Positions 15,276-31,540 of a stretch of 64,000 nucleotides of DNA are shown here, piece after piece. The stretch's first letter is position 1, and every line of letters begins with the position of its first letter. Origin of the DNA: the human T2T-CHM13v2.0 reference genome, Homo sapiens; the NCBI RefSeq assembly GCF_009914755.1, contig NC_060936.1. The stretch is one strand, 5' to 3'. Position numbers and translations under genes: made by a program. The notes beneath the pieces were generated by a model that saw only the letters and a list, made by a program, of their open reading frames with translations, made no database searches and had not been told where the DNA came from.

Positions 15276-16897
15276 AAAATTCCAAGAGATAAAAGACGAG
15301 CTTATTGATATATTTTTAAAATATAATGGTAGATAAATCACTTTTAGTATTTATATTCCATTTGACATATTTAAAACAAGGATCTAACAATTTTATATTA
15401 AATTATCAACATCAACAATATATGGGAAATTATACTCTTTGTAAATACTGAGCATTTACAACGAAAAATTTTAGGTGCCAATATAAATGTGAGAAGGCGT
15501 TCACGGGATTTCAAAATAAACTTACGGAGTAAGTGGACCAAAATGTTTAAAGAGCACTGCCCTGGACTATAAGAAAGAGCCCTCTTCTTAGCCTGAAGAA
15601 TTTTCCTAGAACAGCTTGAAATCCACCCGGTCTAAATTGAGTGGTGCATGTGAAACTTGCCTGTAATGGCTCAGCCTCAGTTGCAACCTTATCATGGTTT
15701 GCTTACTAAGGCAGTGTTCCACTGAAAATGTAGCTTTCCTCCTAACTTAAAAAAAAGATCAGGTTTTATTAATGCACAGTTTCACAAACCTGTGTTCCAA
15801 AGTAAAAACTAATTATTAGCTTAACAATTTAGTTTAACAAATTAGTTTAGAAAATTCTAAGGGTTTGAAGAGAGTTAGCAGTTGTATTATTTAGTTTAAA
15901 TGCCTCATATTAGATATGAGGTCATACTATTCCAAAACAGTCACTTGCAACTTGATAGAGTCATAATCATTTAGTAATTATTAAGGGAATTTCAAAGTTT
16001 TGTCATATTGGGAATTATAATTCCTTCCACAAATGAAAAGACATGCACATAATTATAACTAATTATTACAAGTGATTATTATAATAATTACTCTTCAATT
16101 AAGAAACTTGTACTTTGAACTTGCATGTGATTTATGATTAAGTGATGACAGATACTTACCAGAAAGAAAAATTCTACAATACAATGCAGATCACATGCAA
16201 TAAATGAAACCACTCAAAATAAACACTGTTTTCCTAGGTACAATCCATCAGTTAAAATGTCAAAATAAGTATAGGGAGGTAATATTTATGCTAATGGTGA
16301 AGTATCTTGTATTGAACCAACACACTCACCAAAACAAACAAACAAACAAAAAATCCCACCATTTAAAACTCTGTACACAAGATTGAAAATAAGTGCTTCA
16401 AGGTACTGGAGAGTGATCAAAAGCAGGCAGAAACCAGAAGGGAACCAATACTTTGAAGATGGGAACAGTATGAAAAGTTTCCTGTTTTTTGTGGCTTTTC
16501 ATCTGAGGGGAAGGGACAGCTGGCACCACTGTGCAGGGCAGCTAAGATTCTAATAGAAACTCCTATTTTTATTAGTTTGAAAAATTTAAAGACAGAATCC
16601 AGAGCAGCCTTGATAACTGTAAAGCGAAGAGGAAATCCTGTAAAGAAGAGAGTCACAGAAGACTGTCCCCAATTCTGCATAATCTCTGCTCAAATATCTG
16701 GCCGACTTCTGGCCTACATGTGTGAAGCAGAACTCCAAATAGCCCTGGTAAGGCTGTAAGATCTCAACAGGGATTTCAGATGCCATCCCATTGCAGGAGA
16801 TACAGTTGGGAAGTTCAAGTTCAGCCAAATTAACTGACTACTAAAACAAACACAATCAATTATATTGAGAGGAATATAAAATAATTAAGAATCTCTA

Positions 16898-17387
<490 letters not shown>

Positions 17388-19930
17388 TTAACAAAATACA
17401 GAAGTTCATATTCTATTTCAGATAATCTCTATTTATAAAGTCTGTGGGTCTAATTTTGGCATCTGGTTTTTATCTTTAAGCTTTCTCATGGTGTTTTGTT
17501 CACTCGTGCATTTTTAAATTATAGCACTGAGCTCTTATTTCTTGGAATTTCTTCTTTGTGAATACTTGGATGCCTGGGTTGCATTATATGATTTGCTCCA
17601 TTTGCCTGGGAATAGTACAAAACCCAGGAGTATGTTAAATTTCCACTTGAAGTTTTTTTGGAAAATACGGTGGTATGAATTCAAGGTATAAAACCTTATG
17701 CTGGCTGGTTTGTGATTATACATCCTCAAGGGAACTCTTTCCCCTGCATAGCCAATGTCAATGCTTAGGTCAGTGAAATTTCCTTATGGTGACCTCACAG
17801 CGAGGGTGTAACCCTTGAGAATCACAGCTTTATGCAGTGAGACAGGATGTCTCTCATTGACTCTCCCTCTTGGGTGGTCACTGGGCTTTTTTCTTCTATT
17901 CTGCAATGCCTGCAAGGCCATGGACTTTTTAGAAAGCTCAACTACGACCTTACTTAATGAATGCTTTCATAGTCCTTTTACCTTTTCAATGTCCCACTTT
18001 CACCTGATTTTTGGTTTCTGAGAACTACTTAGCTCATCAGTATACTCACAAAGTGGATTTTAGAAAATATTTTATCTGGCAGTTTTTATTGTTTTTCCAT
18101 AGGAGGATCTAGCTGCAGTATTGCCAGAACAAGGAATTCACCTCTATCTGTTCCTGTGTCTAACTAGGATATCATGTGAACTGAATGAGCCTTACGTTTT
18201 CTTTATTGACAGCTTAGTGAGTGACTTTTGAACCAGGGTTGCATGTCTTAAGGAACAACCCCATCTTGAGGACTCAGTAACTTAAAAATGGATCTGCTGG
18301 TGCTCTCTCGACCATGAATTCTGAGGTGGCAGAACAGAGGCCAAGGTTTTGTTAGGTCATAATGCTATCATGTTTGAACTCCATTCATGTGTCGTGCTAG
18401 GAAAGGAGTGGTATTATCCCAGTCTTCCAGCTTAAACATTTCACAACACTAAATCCATACTCTTTCTCCTTGTGTCTTACAATTCTCCAAGCTAGATCCC
18501 TGAGCATATTCCATAATCAGTGGGAAAGGGAGCTGAGCACATCTGCACAGCCTCCTGTTTCGGTGAGTTTCTCCCAATAAATATGGTGCCAGATGGCCCA
18601 GTGTGTTTGCTCTTAGGAATTTCACATCTTCTCACTCTATAATGTCTAGAAGATCTGTAAATATGCATAAGAAGGAAAGTAATATAAAAAAGACCAATAA
18701 GATTTGAATATAAACAAAAAGTACCTCTAGAAATAAAAAGCATAACTGAAATATTAAATTCTATGGACAGGTTTATGAACACAACAAATCAAAATGATAA
18801 AAGAATTAACAAAGTGAAATTAGACTTAATTAAATTATGGAGAATATAATATAAATGGACAAAAAGATAGAATATGAAACTAGAGTTAATAGAAATGGGG
18901 GAGAGTAAGAAAATTTAACATGCTTCAATACGAGATCAAGAGAAAAAGATAAACAATGAATAGAGGCAGTATTAAAACAGACAATGGCCACAAGTTTTCC
19001 AGATTGGCAAGAAGCCCATTCCACAGGTTCAGGATTCCTAACATATCCCAAGCAGGATAAATAAAAATATATCCACATGTCAACTACCAACATGAAAATG
19101 CAGATGATCAAAGACAAAAGATCTTAAAAGTAGTCAAAGAGAAAACCCTGATTATATACAAAAAAAGTGGCAGAGTGGTGACCTACTGAAGCCAAGAATG
19201 GAAGCTAGAAGACAGAACACTGGCTTCAATGAGCTGAGAAAAAAATAACTGTCAAATCAGAAATACATCCCTAAAAAAATCTTCCAAAAATTAAATTGAA
19301 ATAATGATATTTTAAATATACAAAACTAAAGGGGTATATCACTGTCTTACACCTACTTCAGGAAATTTTGGAAATATTTTTTAGTAGAAAGTGCTTATTA
19401 AGAGGTATGTGTATGCATGTGTGTGTGTTGAGAGAGAGAGATTTACAAAAACAAGATGGGAATAAACTACTTGATAATAATAGGATATATGTCATGAGAG
19501 ATCTACTGTATTTACTGACACATTGAATAACTTTCCACTTTGTTTATAAGAGTCAGACCTGAAAGAGTAAAAGTTTGAAAAGGGAGTAAGTTTGAAAAGA
19601 TAGAAAAATGTATCAGCCAAACACTAACCCAAAGAAATCTAGCATAGTTACAACAAATTAGCTATTTTACACACAATAAACTCTAATACAAAGACTAGAG
19701 AAAAGGTTCTAATCACCAAAAAGATATTATATTTCTAAATTTGTTTACTCCCAATAGCACCGCCTGAAAATATATATATAAAGCAAAAGTGACAGAATTC
19801 CAAGGAGAAATAAACAAATCTACATTAATGAAAAAATTTTAACACACTCCTTTCAGCAACTGAGAGATCAAAAAGATCAATAACAACATAAAAGATTTAA
19901 ATAACACCATTAACCAGCTTGTTCTTATAC

Positions 19931-20440
19931 ACCAGCACTTTTTAAAAATTTTGGTTTCAGAGCCCCTTTACATCCTGAAAAACTATTGACAACCCTAAAA
20001 AGCTTTTATGTATATAGGTTATTTCTGTTGATATCTACCATATAAGAAATTAAAACATAATTTAAGGAAATATTTCTTTAATAATAATTTTTAAATAATG
20101 ATAAGCTTATTTCACATTAACATAAATTTTATAAAATATATTTTCTAAAACAAAAAAAAATCAGTGATAAAGGGGTTTTGTTTTTCAGTTCTGGAAATCT
20201 CCTTAACATCTGGCTTAATAGATGCCTATTGTATCCTTCTACTATCTGCTTCTATATTCATTTTGTTTCAATATCACGTCATGTAGCTTCTAGAAAACTC
20301 CATTGTGCATTCATGAAAGAATGAGAAAAAGGCAAATAATATCTTAGTATTGCTATAAGAATAATTTTGACCTCATGGACCCCTTGAAAGGGTCTTGGGG
20401 AACCTTCAGGGTCCCTAGATGATATATTGACAACTGCTAG
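19931..20440. mobile_element. Charlie1b-like hAT MITE
   Basis: About 510 bp; shares tctggcttaata and gacctcatggaccccttgaaagggtc blocks with the Charlie1 family. Confidence 0.7.
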
Positions 20441-20843
20441 TGTATAATGTGCAGGAATTTGCACCTACAATGCAGAAAATACATGAAACTTTTATAAATG
20501 TTGATCATCCACAAAAGAGCGGTGGTGATCTGTTGAGTTTTATGGCCCAGTTGGGTTTGATGACATATTGGGCCATAAAATAAGTCTAAACACACGTTAA
20601 AGATTTATATGTTAAAAGCCGTACTCTGTGATGACAATGAAATTACTTGGTAACCAATAATATAATCTCTTAAAGACCAGGTAATGACAAAGCTGCCTTC
20701 TTTCACTGCTTCTGTTCACTAATTGTAGGTCTAAGATGGAACCATAGGCAAAAATATAAGCAAAAATTATAAAGGTTAAAAAGAAAGAAGTAGTTTAAAG
20801 ATGGTATGATTGTATATGTCGATGATCTAAAAGATTCTATTCA

Positions 20844-21189
<346 letters not shown>

Positions 21190-21665
21190 CTAGAAAGTTT
21201 AGCAATGTTGCTAAATAAAAAAATTAAGACACAAAAATCAATTTTATTTCTATACACTAGCATTAAAAGGTTAAAAAATGTAAATTATAAAGAGTACCTT
21301 TTATAAGAGTTTCAAAAAATAAGGAGTCTAAGAAGATTTGAGCTTTACACAGAAAACTGTAGAACACGAAAAGACACTAAAGAAGCTCAATAGTCAGAAA
21401 AGTATATCCAGTTTCTTATCCATTATAAGAAAACTCAGTATTATTAATGTCAATTCTCCCAACATTGATCTATATAGTCTCAACATAATTCTAATAAAAA
21501 CTTCTAAAATTTTAATAAAACAGCAAAGTTTCATAAAATAATGAAGACAACTATAAAGACCTACAAAGCAGTTATTATGACAGTTATTTAAATTGTTTTA
21601 AGGCTACAATAATTAAGACTAGGTAGTATTAGCATGGAAGACAGAGGAACACAAAAGAGAAACCA

Positions 21666-21970
21666 AGCCAGGAGCAGTGGCTCACACCTGTAATCCCAGC
21701 ACTTTGGGAGGCCAAGGCAGGAAGATCTCTTGAGCACAGGAGTTAGAGACCAGCCTGGGCAACATAGTGAGACCCCATCTGTACTTTTCTTTTTTTTTTA
21801 ATTAGTCAGATGTCTGTAATCCCAGCTACTTGGGAAGCTGAGGTAGATGGATCGCAGGAGCACAGGAGTTCAAGACTACAGTGAGCTAAGATGGAGCCAC
21901 TACAAGCCAGGGAAACAAAGCAAGACCCTGTCTCTACTGTCTGTAAGGAAAAAACGAGAGAGAGAGAGAA
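21666..21970 (+). mobile_element. AluJ, degraded
   Basis: agccaggagcagtggctcac...cagcctgggcaacatagtgagacc. Confidence 0.85.
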
Positions 21971-23217
21971 GGAAACCAGAAACTGATATGTGTAAGTAGA
22001 AATTTAATCTGTGACAGTTTTGGCCCTGTAGATCAGTAGTAAAGAACTGGAGCTTCAGTGAATCATACTGAGACATTTGGTTATTCATATGGATAACAAG
22101 AAAGAAAAGATGGAAGGAAAAAAGTAAAGAAGGAGGACTCAGGTAAAGTGAAGACTTTAGACTTAAAAGTCAAAAGTATGTTTTCAGAAATGTTTAGAAA
22201 ACAATATGAACATTTTCATGACCTCAAGATAGAGAAGACCAGAATATAGTGTGAATCTTGGAGGAACAGACTGACAAATTCTACTACATTAACGACCCTA
22301 AGAAAAATCAGCAAGAGACTTGAAAAGGCGCTTCGCAGGAAAAAAATCCCAAGTGGCCAATAATAATCATGTGACTATGTGATCAATCTCATTAGTAATT
22401 AGGGAAAAACAAATTACAACACAGTTAGAAAATATTTCATACACGACAAGTTTGAAAATGTTAAAGTCTGATATATCAGCGTTGGCAGGAGCCTGGAGCA
22501 TCATGAACACGCAAACTCTGCTGAGTGTGGTATATATTGTTACAACCAGTTTGGGAGAAGAAATAGGGCCTAATTAATAATGATGAAGATACACATGCCC
22601 TATGACCTGAAAAATGTCATTTGTAAGAATACAACCTAAGGAAATCCATGTACATATATATGAGAAATGTAAAGAATGTTCACAAAAGCACTATTGACAG
22701 GAAAAAAGTAAAAACCCAAATTTCTTTCCATCACCACATTCTGGATGATAAGTGATACAGCCATTATCCAACTTACACAGCATTACATAGAGTATTACAC
22801 AGCTGGGAAATGACTGGAATTTAGACGCCAGCAATAACAAAGATGGGTCTCAGAAACATAGTGTTGCATGAAAATAGCAAGTCACCAAATTACATATATT
22901 TTATGATTCATCTACATATATGTATCATATAGGAATACAAACGTGGTGAAACCATAAAGTAAGGGAAAAATAAACACAAAATTCACAATAATGTTACCTC
23001 TGAGGATACTGGGAAGAGAATGGGTTGGCAGAAGGACACCCAATACACAAGGATCTTTTAAACTTTACATACAGTTTTAAAAAATTCTCTATCTACTCAA
23101 AGCTTAACTTTTAAAGTAAAATAAATAGATTATACAAAAGTAAACCAACGAACATGAGCTAAAATGGCACGAAGTTCAAATGTTTTATTACAAATGATAA
23201 CCAAAAATTCAGCGTAG

Positions 23218-23804
<587 letters not shown>

Positions 23805-25517
23805 TAGTGAATAATTGTGTTTATAAAACATGGCACCCAGATAAATGACAAAAGTCCTGTAAAATATATTATTTACTCCTGGTTCATAATTAATTACATG
23901 CTCTATGGAGACAAGATGCTCCAGTAATGAAGTTTTTGACATTTCAGGAAAAACGTTTATTTGATCTGCTATTTCACAATGGTCTATCATCTGCTACAAC
24001 ATTCAATCTTCTATAAATAAGATTTCACAGTCATCACTGGAGCGGACTTCCTGAGAAAAAACAATAACATTTAAGACATCTAATTGCTAAAACTCAATAT
24101 TCAAATTCAACACTTTATTTTTTCTCTCTACTAATGCTACTGCAAAGAAGTACATTCTAATCCTAAAGACAGACTGCCTGCTGGAAAGAGAAGAATTCCG
24201 GCTTCTCCTAACTGTTTAAAGATCCAGGCCTTTATATACAGAGCCACCTAAGCCCAGGATTCCACAGCCTGACTGAGTTGGTTGCCAAGTATTTGGCCTG
24301 AGCAGAATTTAAAAACATACACCGTGTTCTGGTTCATCTAGCATTGCTCTGGGAAAAAACAATGCAGTCAGTCCCAGGGGACACCACCCTGCGCTGCTAG
24401 GCTACTGAGCCAGAGATGCACAGAATTAAGGAGGGGGGTGGGAAGCAGCCTGTCTCATGAAATCATTCTAGATTTCTGCCCTCGTTTCTGCCTGTGCAAT
24501 GTCTCAAACCAGCTCACTAGCTGTATTTGATATCTTTCTTTACTCTAAGACAATAGCAATTAACATGAAAGCTGCTCTTTATAGACATCGGGGACATTTA
24601 AATACAATATTTACTCTGTTAGTTACAGAGATTCCAAGCCATCTCCCAATCTTAATATAACCCCAGAGAAGCTCTCCCTAGATTTTTAGTAAAGTCCTTT
24701 TCAATCTACGTCTGATTCTGTGAGCTCAAGAGGAAACAGGGCATGTAGCCAAGACAAGCATATAAACAGAGGTACAGACCGACTGCCTTTCTCCAGGAGG
24801 GCAACCAACCCTAGACTCTCTTCAGTTGTTTGGGAATTAGATCTGTCTTCTCTCCAATCTCATTATACCTTTATAATAACACCTGACACTATTGCATCCC
24901 TTACCCTTTAACAATCCAAAAATTCCATCCCTGGTTAAATGCTGGCCATACCAACATGGTGCTCTCCAGCCACTGAAAACAGACCAGAAAAAAATCAGAA
25001 GGCCAAGGCAATACCATCAATCTAGAGATTATCCTAAAGTTCCGAAGACTTACTTAGATTGAGAAATTAAATGTAAACATAAAAGATTATCCCTTCCAAA
25101 TATCTACACGACTTTTAAGTAGCACTAGATGTAGTTAAGAGATAATGAATTATGTACACAGGAAAACAGGACAGCTAACAACCTTCTCCACAATCTTCCA
25201 GGATGCACTGCTGAGCACAGCAGGGGTATAACTCTGCTGCTCTGTCCTGATGAGGCTGAGAGCAACTTCAAATGCAATTATTAAATAAATAGCCCAAAAT
25301 GTCAAAATGCAGCATAAAAACCATAACACACAATGTCTCAGCTTCTCTGTATTTGGTAAGATTCAATGTGTGATTTATTGAGTCTGTACTATAGCACTGT
25401 ATGATCAAAGCAAAAAGAAAAAGACAAAGAAAGGCTCAGTATTGTGGTCCCAGACTGATTTTCTGAAATAGAGTCAAAGATTTTGCACACTGCAGGTACA
25501 GCTATGGATTACAGTGA

Positions 25518-25902
<385 letters not shown>

Positions 25903-26010
25903 CTGAAATTTATTTTGAATGTCAAATATTAAGAGGATTTATTGTTTTCCTTCCCATTCACAGGCACTCAATTCTGCAGTTGTTGCAAAAGGATAATGAA
26001 TTTGTAGCAG

Positions 26011-26186
26011 TTTTTTGTTTTGTTTTGTTTTGTTTTCAAGACAGGGTCTCACTATTGACCAGGCTAGAGTGCACTGCCACAATCATAGCTCACTGCAGCC
26101 TTGAACTCCTGAGCTCAGCTATCCTCCCACCTCAGCTTCCCGAGTAGCTGGGACTACAAGTGTGCACCACTGTGCCCAGCTAATTT
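26011..26186 (-). mobile_element. AluJ/FRAM right-arm fragment
   Basis: acagggtctcact...atcatagctcactgcagccttgaactcctg...cccagctaattt. Confidence 0.85.
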
Positions 26187-26809
26187 AAGAATTAGGAGTT
26201 TAAAGCGAAGCAACGACTGGCCACACAACATTAAGTATCTTCTGCGCGCCCAATAGCAGTAGAAACCCCTTTCGAAAAAGTAGGAGCTTTATTGTGATGC
26301 ACAGCAATATTACAACTTTTGGCGGAGATTACAGTTTGCAAAATAAATGACATAATGTAGTATCTTAAGCATCAGGCTCCGTTGTTAAAGCCAGCACCCT
26401 AATCCTCTGTGACAGGGAGTGAGGATCCATGGGGCAGAAGGGAGCGGAGCCAGATGCTGGGAGATCTCAGAGTTGGAAGGAAACAGCTGACAGCAGAGTA
26501 CATCCTGTCAGTCCAGAGGCTCAGGAGCTGTGATCTGAATTCAGAACGTGGGGAGGAGGAGGCCACGCAAACCAGCTTCTCTCTCTGGAGCCTCCTGGAC
26601 AGTCATGGCCAAGGAAACGCCAATGGCAGCTAAAGCAAACTGCCCACATGTGGGAAGCCAGGGAGTGCAGGGTTGTACAAGCTCGAACAGACCTTAAAAA
26701 TCACCCAACTTGCTCATTTCACAAGTCAGGGAAAGGAATGACTACCCAGAAGCTTATCCTTAGGACACAGACCCCACGTCTCTAACCTAAGTCCTCTATC
26801 CCTCGTCAC

Positions 26810-26943
26810 ACAAAGCAGATGAGCAGCATTTGGTAGAAACGCTGACTCTCAGACCTGCCTCATGACCGCTGAACCAGGAATTATTTTGAAACAACATCCC
26901 CAGAAAATTCCCAAAAACGTGAAGGCTTAAAAAGCACTGCTCT
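26810..26943. mobile_element. MER5-like hAT MITE fragment
   Basis: gtagaaacgctgactctcag...aacaacatccccag...aagcactgctcta. Confidence 0.5.
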
Positions 26944-27440
<497 letters not shown>

Positions 27441-27559
27441 TCAATAATTTGTCACTATTGTTCAAATTATGTTGGAATATCTGCTAACTCCACTGTCTCC
27501 CTACTAGATTGGGAGCTCCTTGGAGGCAGAGAATTTCCTGTGTATTCTGGATCTCTCCA

Positions 27560-27980
27560 GTTTGTGCTCCAGATGCAGTCTCCACTCTGCTTCTCATCAG
27601 AAGGCCAGCCATGTGGTCACATCAATAAACTTCCCTACCTTCTGCTTTCTAGTTTCATGCACGAGGGGGAACCTGGCCCAAGAGCAGAGGACAGGAGGAA
27701 GAGAATTCAGGGTGTTTCTCACCCAGACTCCCTCACTGCTAGGTCACCTCAGGCTGACTGGTGACTTTATCCCTTCACAAGGGCATCTGGACCAAAGGTT
27801 CCCATCACAATGACTTCTGCAGGACTCTTGCTTCCCAGGTTATGGGTGATAACAGTTCCTCTGCTGTGACTTCCATGGGGTTACGGCCTCACTGGTGTAA
27901 ACAGTCCCTTTGTAGATAATCCCCCTCCAATGATCCTAATTTGAATGTGCCATCTCTTTCCTCTTGTGGGTCACTATGTC
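27560..27980 (+). mobile_element. ERVL LTR (LTR33-like)
   Basis: ggaggaagagaattcagggtgtttctc...aatttgaatgtgccatctctttcct. Confidence 0.55.
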
Positions 27981-29402
27981 TCCTTCCATTCACCCAAGAA
28001 GTATTTTATGCACGTGTACTATGTGCCAGATACTATTCTAGGTGCTGAGGACACGAAAGTAAAATAAAAAGGACAAGATCCCTGCACTCTTGGAATTCAT
28101 CTTCAGACTTAACACTGTGTGTGGTACAGAGCAGATGCCCTTCTAAAGGGATAAATATAATTTCCTCTTCTCATTAAAACTTTTCCTCAACCCTGAATCA
28201 GAAGTGCTTACTATGGGGTTCAGCAAGAGCCTGCTGATTACATATAGCGGACATGCCAACGAGAACAAGGGATGGGGGGAAGTAAGCCACACAAGTGACT
28301 CTGAGCCTTTGCAGAAGGGTGCAGTTGAAACAAGCAGCATATAGATGTGGATCCAAATCTACTCATTTTCATTTAACAAACTCAAGGACTCTGAAAATAT
28401 TTTACCTGACAAAGTGAGATTTAAAAAATAAACACAGGAAGGTGAGCTTTGTGGCTTTTCTGACAGATCAAACCACTGCGTGCAGCCTAATTCCCACCAG
28501 CTGCCAAAGAACTACACCACAGGTGAATATTCATGCTTGTGCTTTTTTAAAAGATGAATTTCCTGGAAAACAGCCACATTTCTTAGGAGGCAAACAGGTT
28601 AAGCTAAATGTCTTATTAGGAATATGTGTCACTTAAAATTCTGAGTTTGGGCTTTGCAAGGTCATCTTTCCACACCTGCTTGAAAGTTTCATCAAAATAA
28701 TACCCATGCCTAGAGACCAGGAGATGCTATTGATTCTTCTCTCCCGCTTTTCCTTCTCCAAAAGTCAGATTTACTGCAAGCAAGCAGAGAATCTACATTT
28801 AGAACCATCCCTGAGAAGGATCACCGGATGACAGCATTGTCATCTGCAGCGAGGATGGTGGCTACGAGCACTAAGACAATTTAATTATTTCCTGAGGCCA
28901 ACAAAGATTTCACCTGCTCTTTCTTCAGCTGTTCCTAATTAGAATAAAAGCCAGGAAACCCAGTAATAATAACAGCTGTTAGCTTCCAAAGTCTTCACTC
29001 TCAACATAGTACTAATTCAGCTAGGGTATAAAACGGGAAGGAATCAGAATGGGAAATGCCATTCAGTATTTGTTCAAAAGGCCCTCACATTGTTGGTATT
29101 TTTGTTAGTGTTTGTTAATATGAAGCAGGAACTTTTTTAAATCCCTGTTTTATGCAAGTCACAGCAGGTTCCCTTGCAAGGATCATTCCATTAACAAGAA
29201 ATTGAACAGGAGTGGGTACTACATATTCTTGAGGAACATCATGAATTGGAACTTGGAGGAAGGCATGCAGTCAAATGAACAAAAAACCAAAAATCTATTT
29301 TCTGCAGTTTTCTGTCAGTGAACTCGTTTTTACTAAAAGAGAATTTAATTCAGCAAATAAATGGGCTGATAATAATCTAAAAGTCTAGCAAAGTGGATTT
29401 TA

Positions 29403-29677
29403 TTTGGTTTATTTATTTATATAAAAAGGCTGGAGTGCAGTGGTGCAATCTAGGCTCACTGCAACCTCCGCCTCCTGGATTCAAGTGATTCTCCTACCTC
29501 AGCCTCCAGAGGAGCTGGGATTACAGATGTCTGCCACCATGCCCGGCTAATTTCTGTATCTTTAGTAGAGACGGCGTTTCATCATATTGGCCAGGCTGAT
29601 CTCAAACTCTGTTCTCAAGTGATTCACCTGCCTTGGCCTCCCACAGTGCTGGAATTATATGCCCACAATGCACGGCC
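29403..29677 (-). mobile_element. AluS with small deletions
   Basis: Antisense Alu; TSD GCAAA(G/T)TGGATTTTA. Confidence 0.9.
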
Positions 29678-29778
29678 GCAAATTGGATTTTAAACAACGT
29701 AACAGCAAAGCAGTAGAGAGTAAACTTGAAGCTCTTAGAAGAAAAGAAACTGTTCAGGAACTGTCTGCTCCTTTTTAT

Positions 29779-29863
29779 CCCATTTATGCTTGAGGTTGCA
29801 ATTTTTTGAATTTTTGCAATCAGACCTTGGCAATGACCATGAGCAGTAGGATATAAATAACTC
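29779..29863. mobile_element. MER85 (piggyBac/PGBD3-derived MITE), truncated
   Basis: cccatttatgcttgaggttgcaattttttgaatttttgcaatcagaccttggcaatgaccatgagcagtaggatataaataactc matches the recalled MER85 consensus. The second terminus is missing. Confidence 0.85.
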
Positions 29864-31379
29864 GATAAGCAAGTAGTATCAATATATAAAAAAATTTACA
29901 CTTTGGATCCATTTAAATACAAAAAAAGGAAATGAAATGCTGCGATACAGCTATCCAAATGTACACAGATTTTTCCAGTTATTGTAGCTACCACTTTTTA
30001 TTACACACTTAAAAGATTTTTGGCAGCAACTGACCTAATTCTTCCAAGCCAGAATATGAATTCCCATATGGTTCTGTATTCTTTCCATTACTATACAGTT
30101 TTTCTTGGCTACTGTTTTCTTCTGCTCATTCCTTTTTCTCTCCTATAATATTCAAGCAACTTTACTCCCATTCCTATAAACAAAGATATGTATTATGATT
30201 ATTTCTTTTGATCAGAATATTCTTTTCCTGAAATTAGTCAATTAAATATTTATTCCATATAAATTATGTAAAATACACAGTATTAAGCATTGTTGTAACT
30301 TTTTTTTAAAAGACCCTAGAAAGACTTCAAAATCTTTTTGAAAAGGGCACACATAATAAAGGTTACCAATACATGGTAGCAAATGATAATTGCAAAATCA
30401 GTAAAGCAATACTAAATTCACTGGGCCACAGGATAAGGCGATACCAGACTAGACTGGTGCTCAGGAAAGAGTACTCAAAGGACTGACTTTACACAGGAAG
30501 AAGTTACTGAGTGAGTGGAAAAGGTGAAAGTACAGAGGTAGATGACAAGAAAGGAAAAACCATGGCAACCAGAAACACAATGTATATTTCAGTGGGAGTG
30601 AGCAGAGACATTTGGCTACAGTAAGCCCTTCCAGTAGGAAAGTATTGGGAGATGAGGATAATCAGATGGGCTGGAAGCCAATCAGCTTATGAACACCAAG
30701 AGAAAGACACCATAAAAGCATGGTTCAGAGATTGCCTTAAAGGCCAGAGAAATCCCATTGTAGACCTGGTCCCGCTATGTACTAGCCTGGATTTCCATAT
30801 CCACAAAATGTTAATAACAGCACTGATCTCAAAAGAGACTCTTTATGTATTAAACTGCAAAACATTTATCATAGTGATTAGCATATAGTACGGGATTTAA
30901 AAAAAATTACAGTCTGCCCTATTATTAGCCATGCTGAGGGGTCTGGGTGTCCTTGTGGCATCATTAAAGGGCTCTTGGTGCAGAGTGACATAACAAATCA
31001 CTCTTCTGGCAAACAACGCCCATCACCCTGTCCAGAGGGAGGAGGCCACTCCCCACATCCCCTTTATGCAGGCTTCTCATGCCATTTAAAGTCAGTCCAA
31101 CAACACAGATTGGAACTGGTCTCTTATCCACATAATTTCATTATGCTCGAGGGCCTCCAGGATAAAGCCTCTCACCTCTATACTCAGCTGTAGGTTTCCA
31201 ACAATGTTCCAGTACCTTCTCCTATATATACTGAGCTTCCCAGTACAGTGAACGTGGACTTGGCTCAAGAAAGACCTGGATTCAAATAGTGACTGCATGT
31301 GTTACTTTTGACAAGTTCTTTTCTCTGAACTCAATTTTCTCCCATGCAAAATATGGAACATGAGATGTCAAGCCCTGGG

Positions 31380-31540
31380 CATTACCTGCTTTAATCATCA
31401 TAACAATCCTATGAGAGAGATGTTACATTAGTCTCATTTTGCCCATAAGGAAACTGAGGTCTAGAAAGGTTGAGTAACTTGCTGAGTCACAGATGGTGTG
31501 GGTGGCGGAAGTAGGCAGTCTGGCTCCACAGAGCCTCCTT
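31380..31540 (-). mobile_element. MIR
   Basis: ttaatcatcataacaatcctatgag...cattttgcccataaggaaactgaggtctagaaaggttgagtaacttgc. Confidence 0.8.

Noticed and set aside
16150-16172. Possible recursive splice site ttttctttcTG|GTAAGT on the minus strand
   Set aside because: The dinucleotide before the donor is TG, not AG, so there is no acceptor. I found no convincing upstream exon.
17400-18140. Possible antisense HAL1 or old L1 fragment
   Set aside because: Composition suggests it, but it is too diverged to assign by eye.
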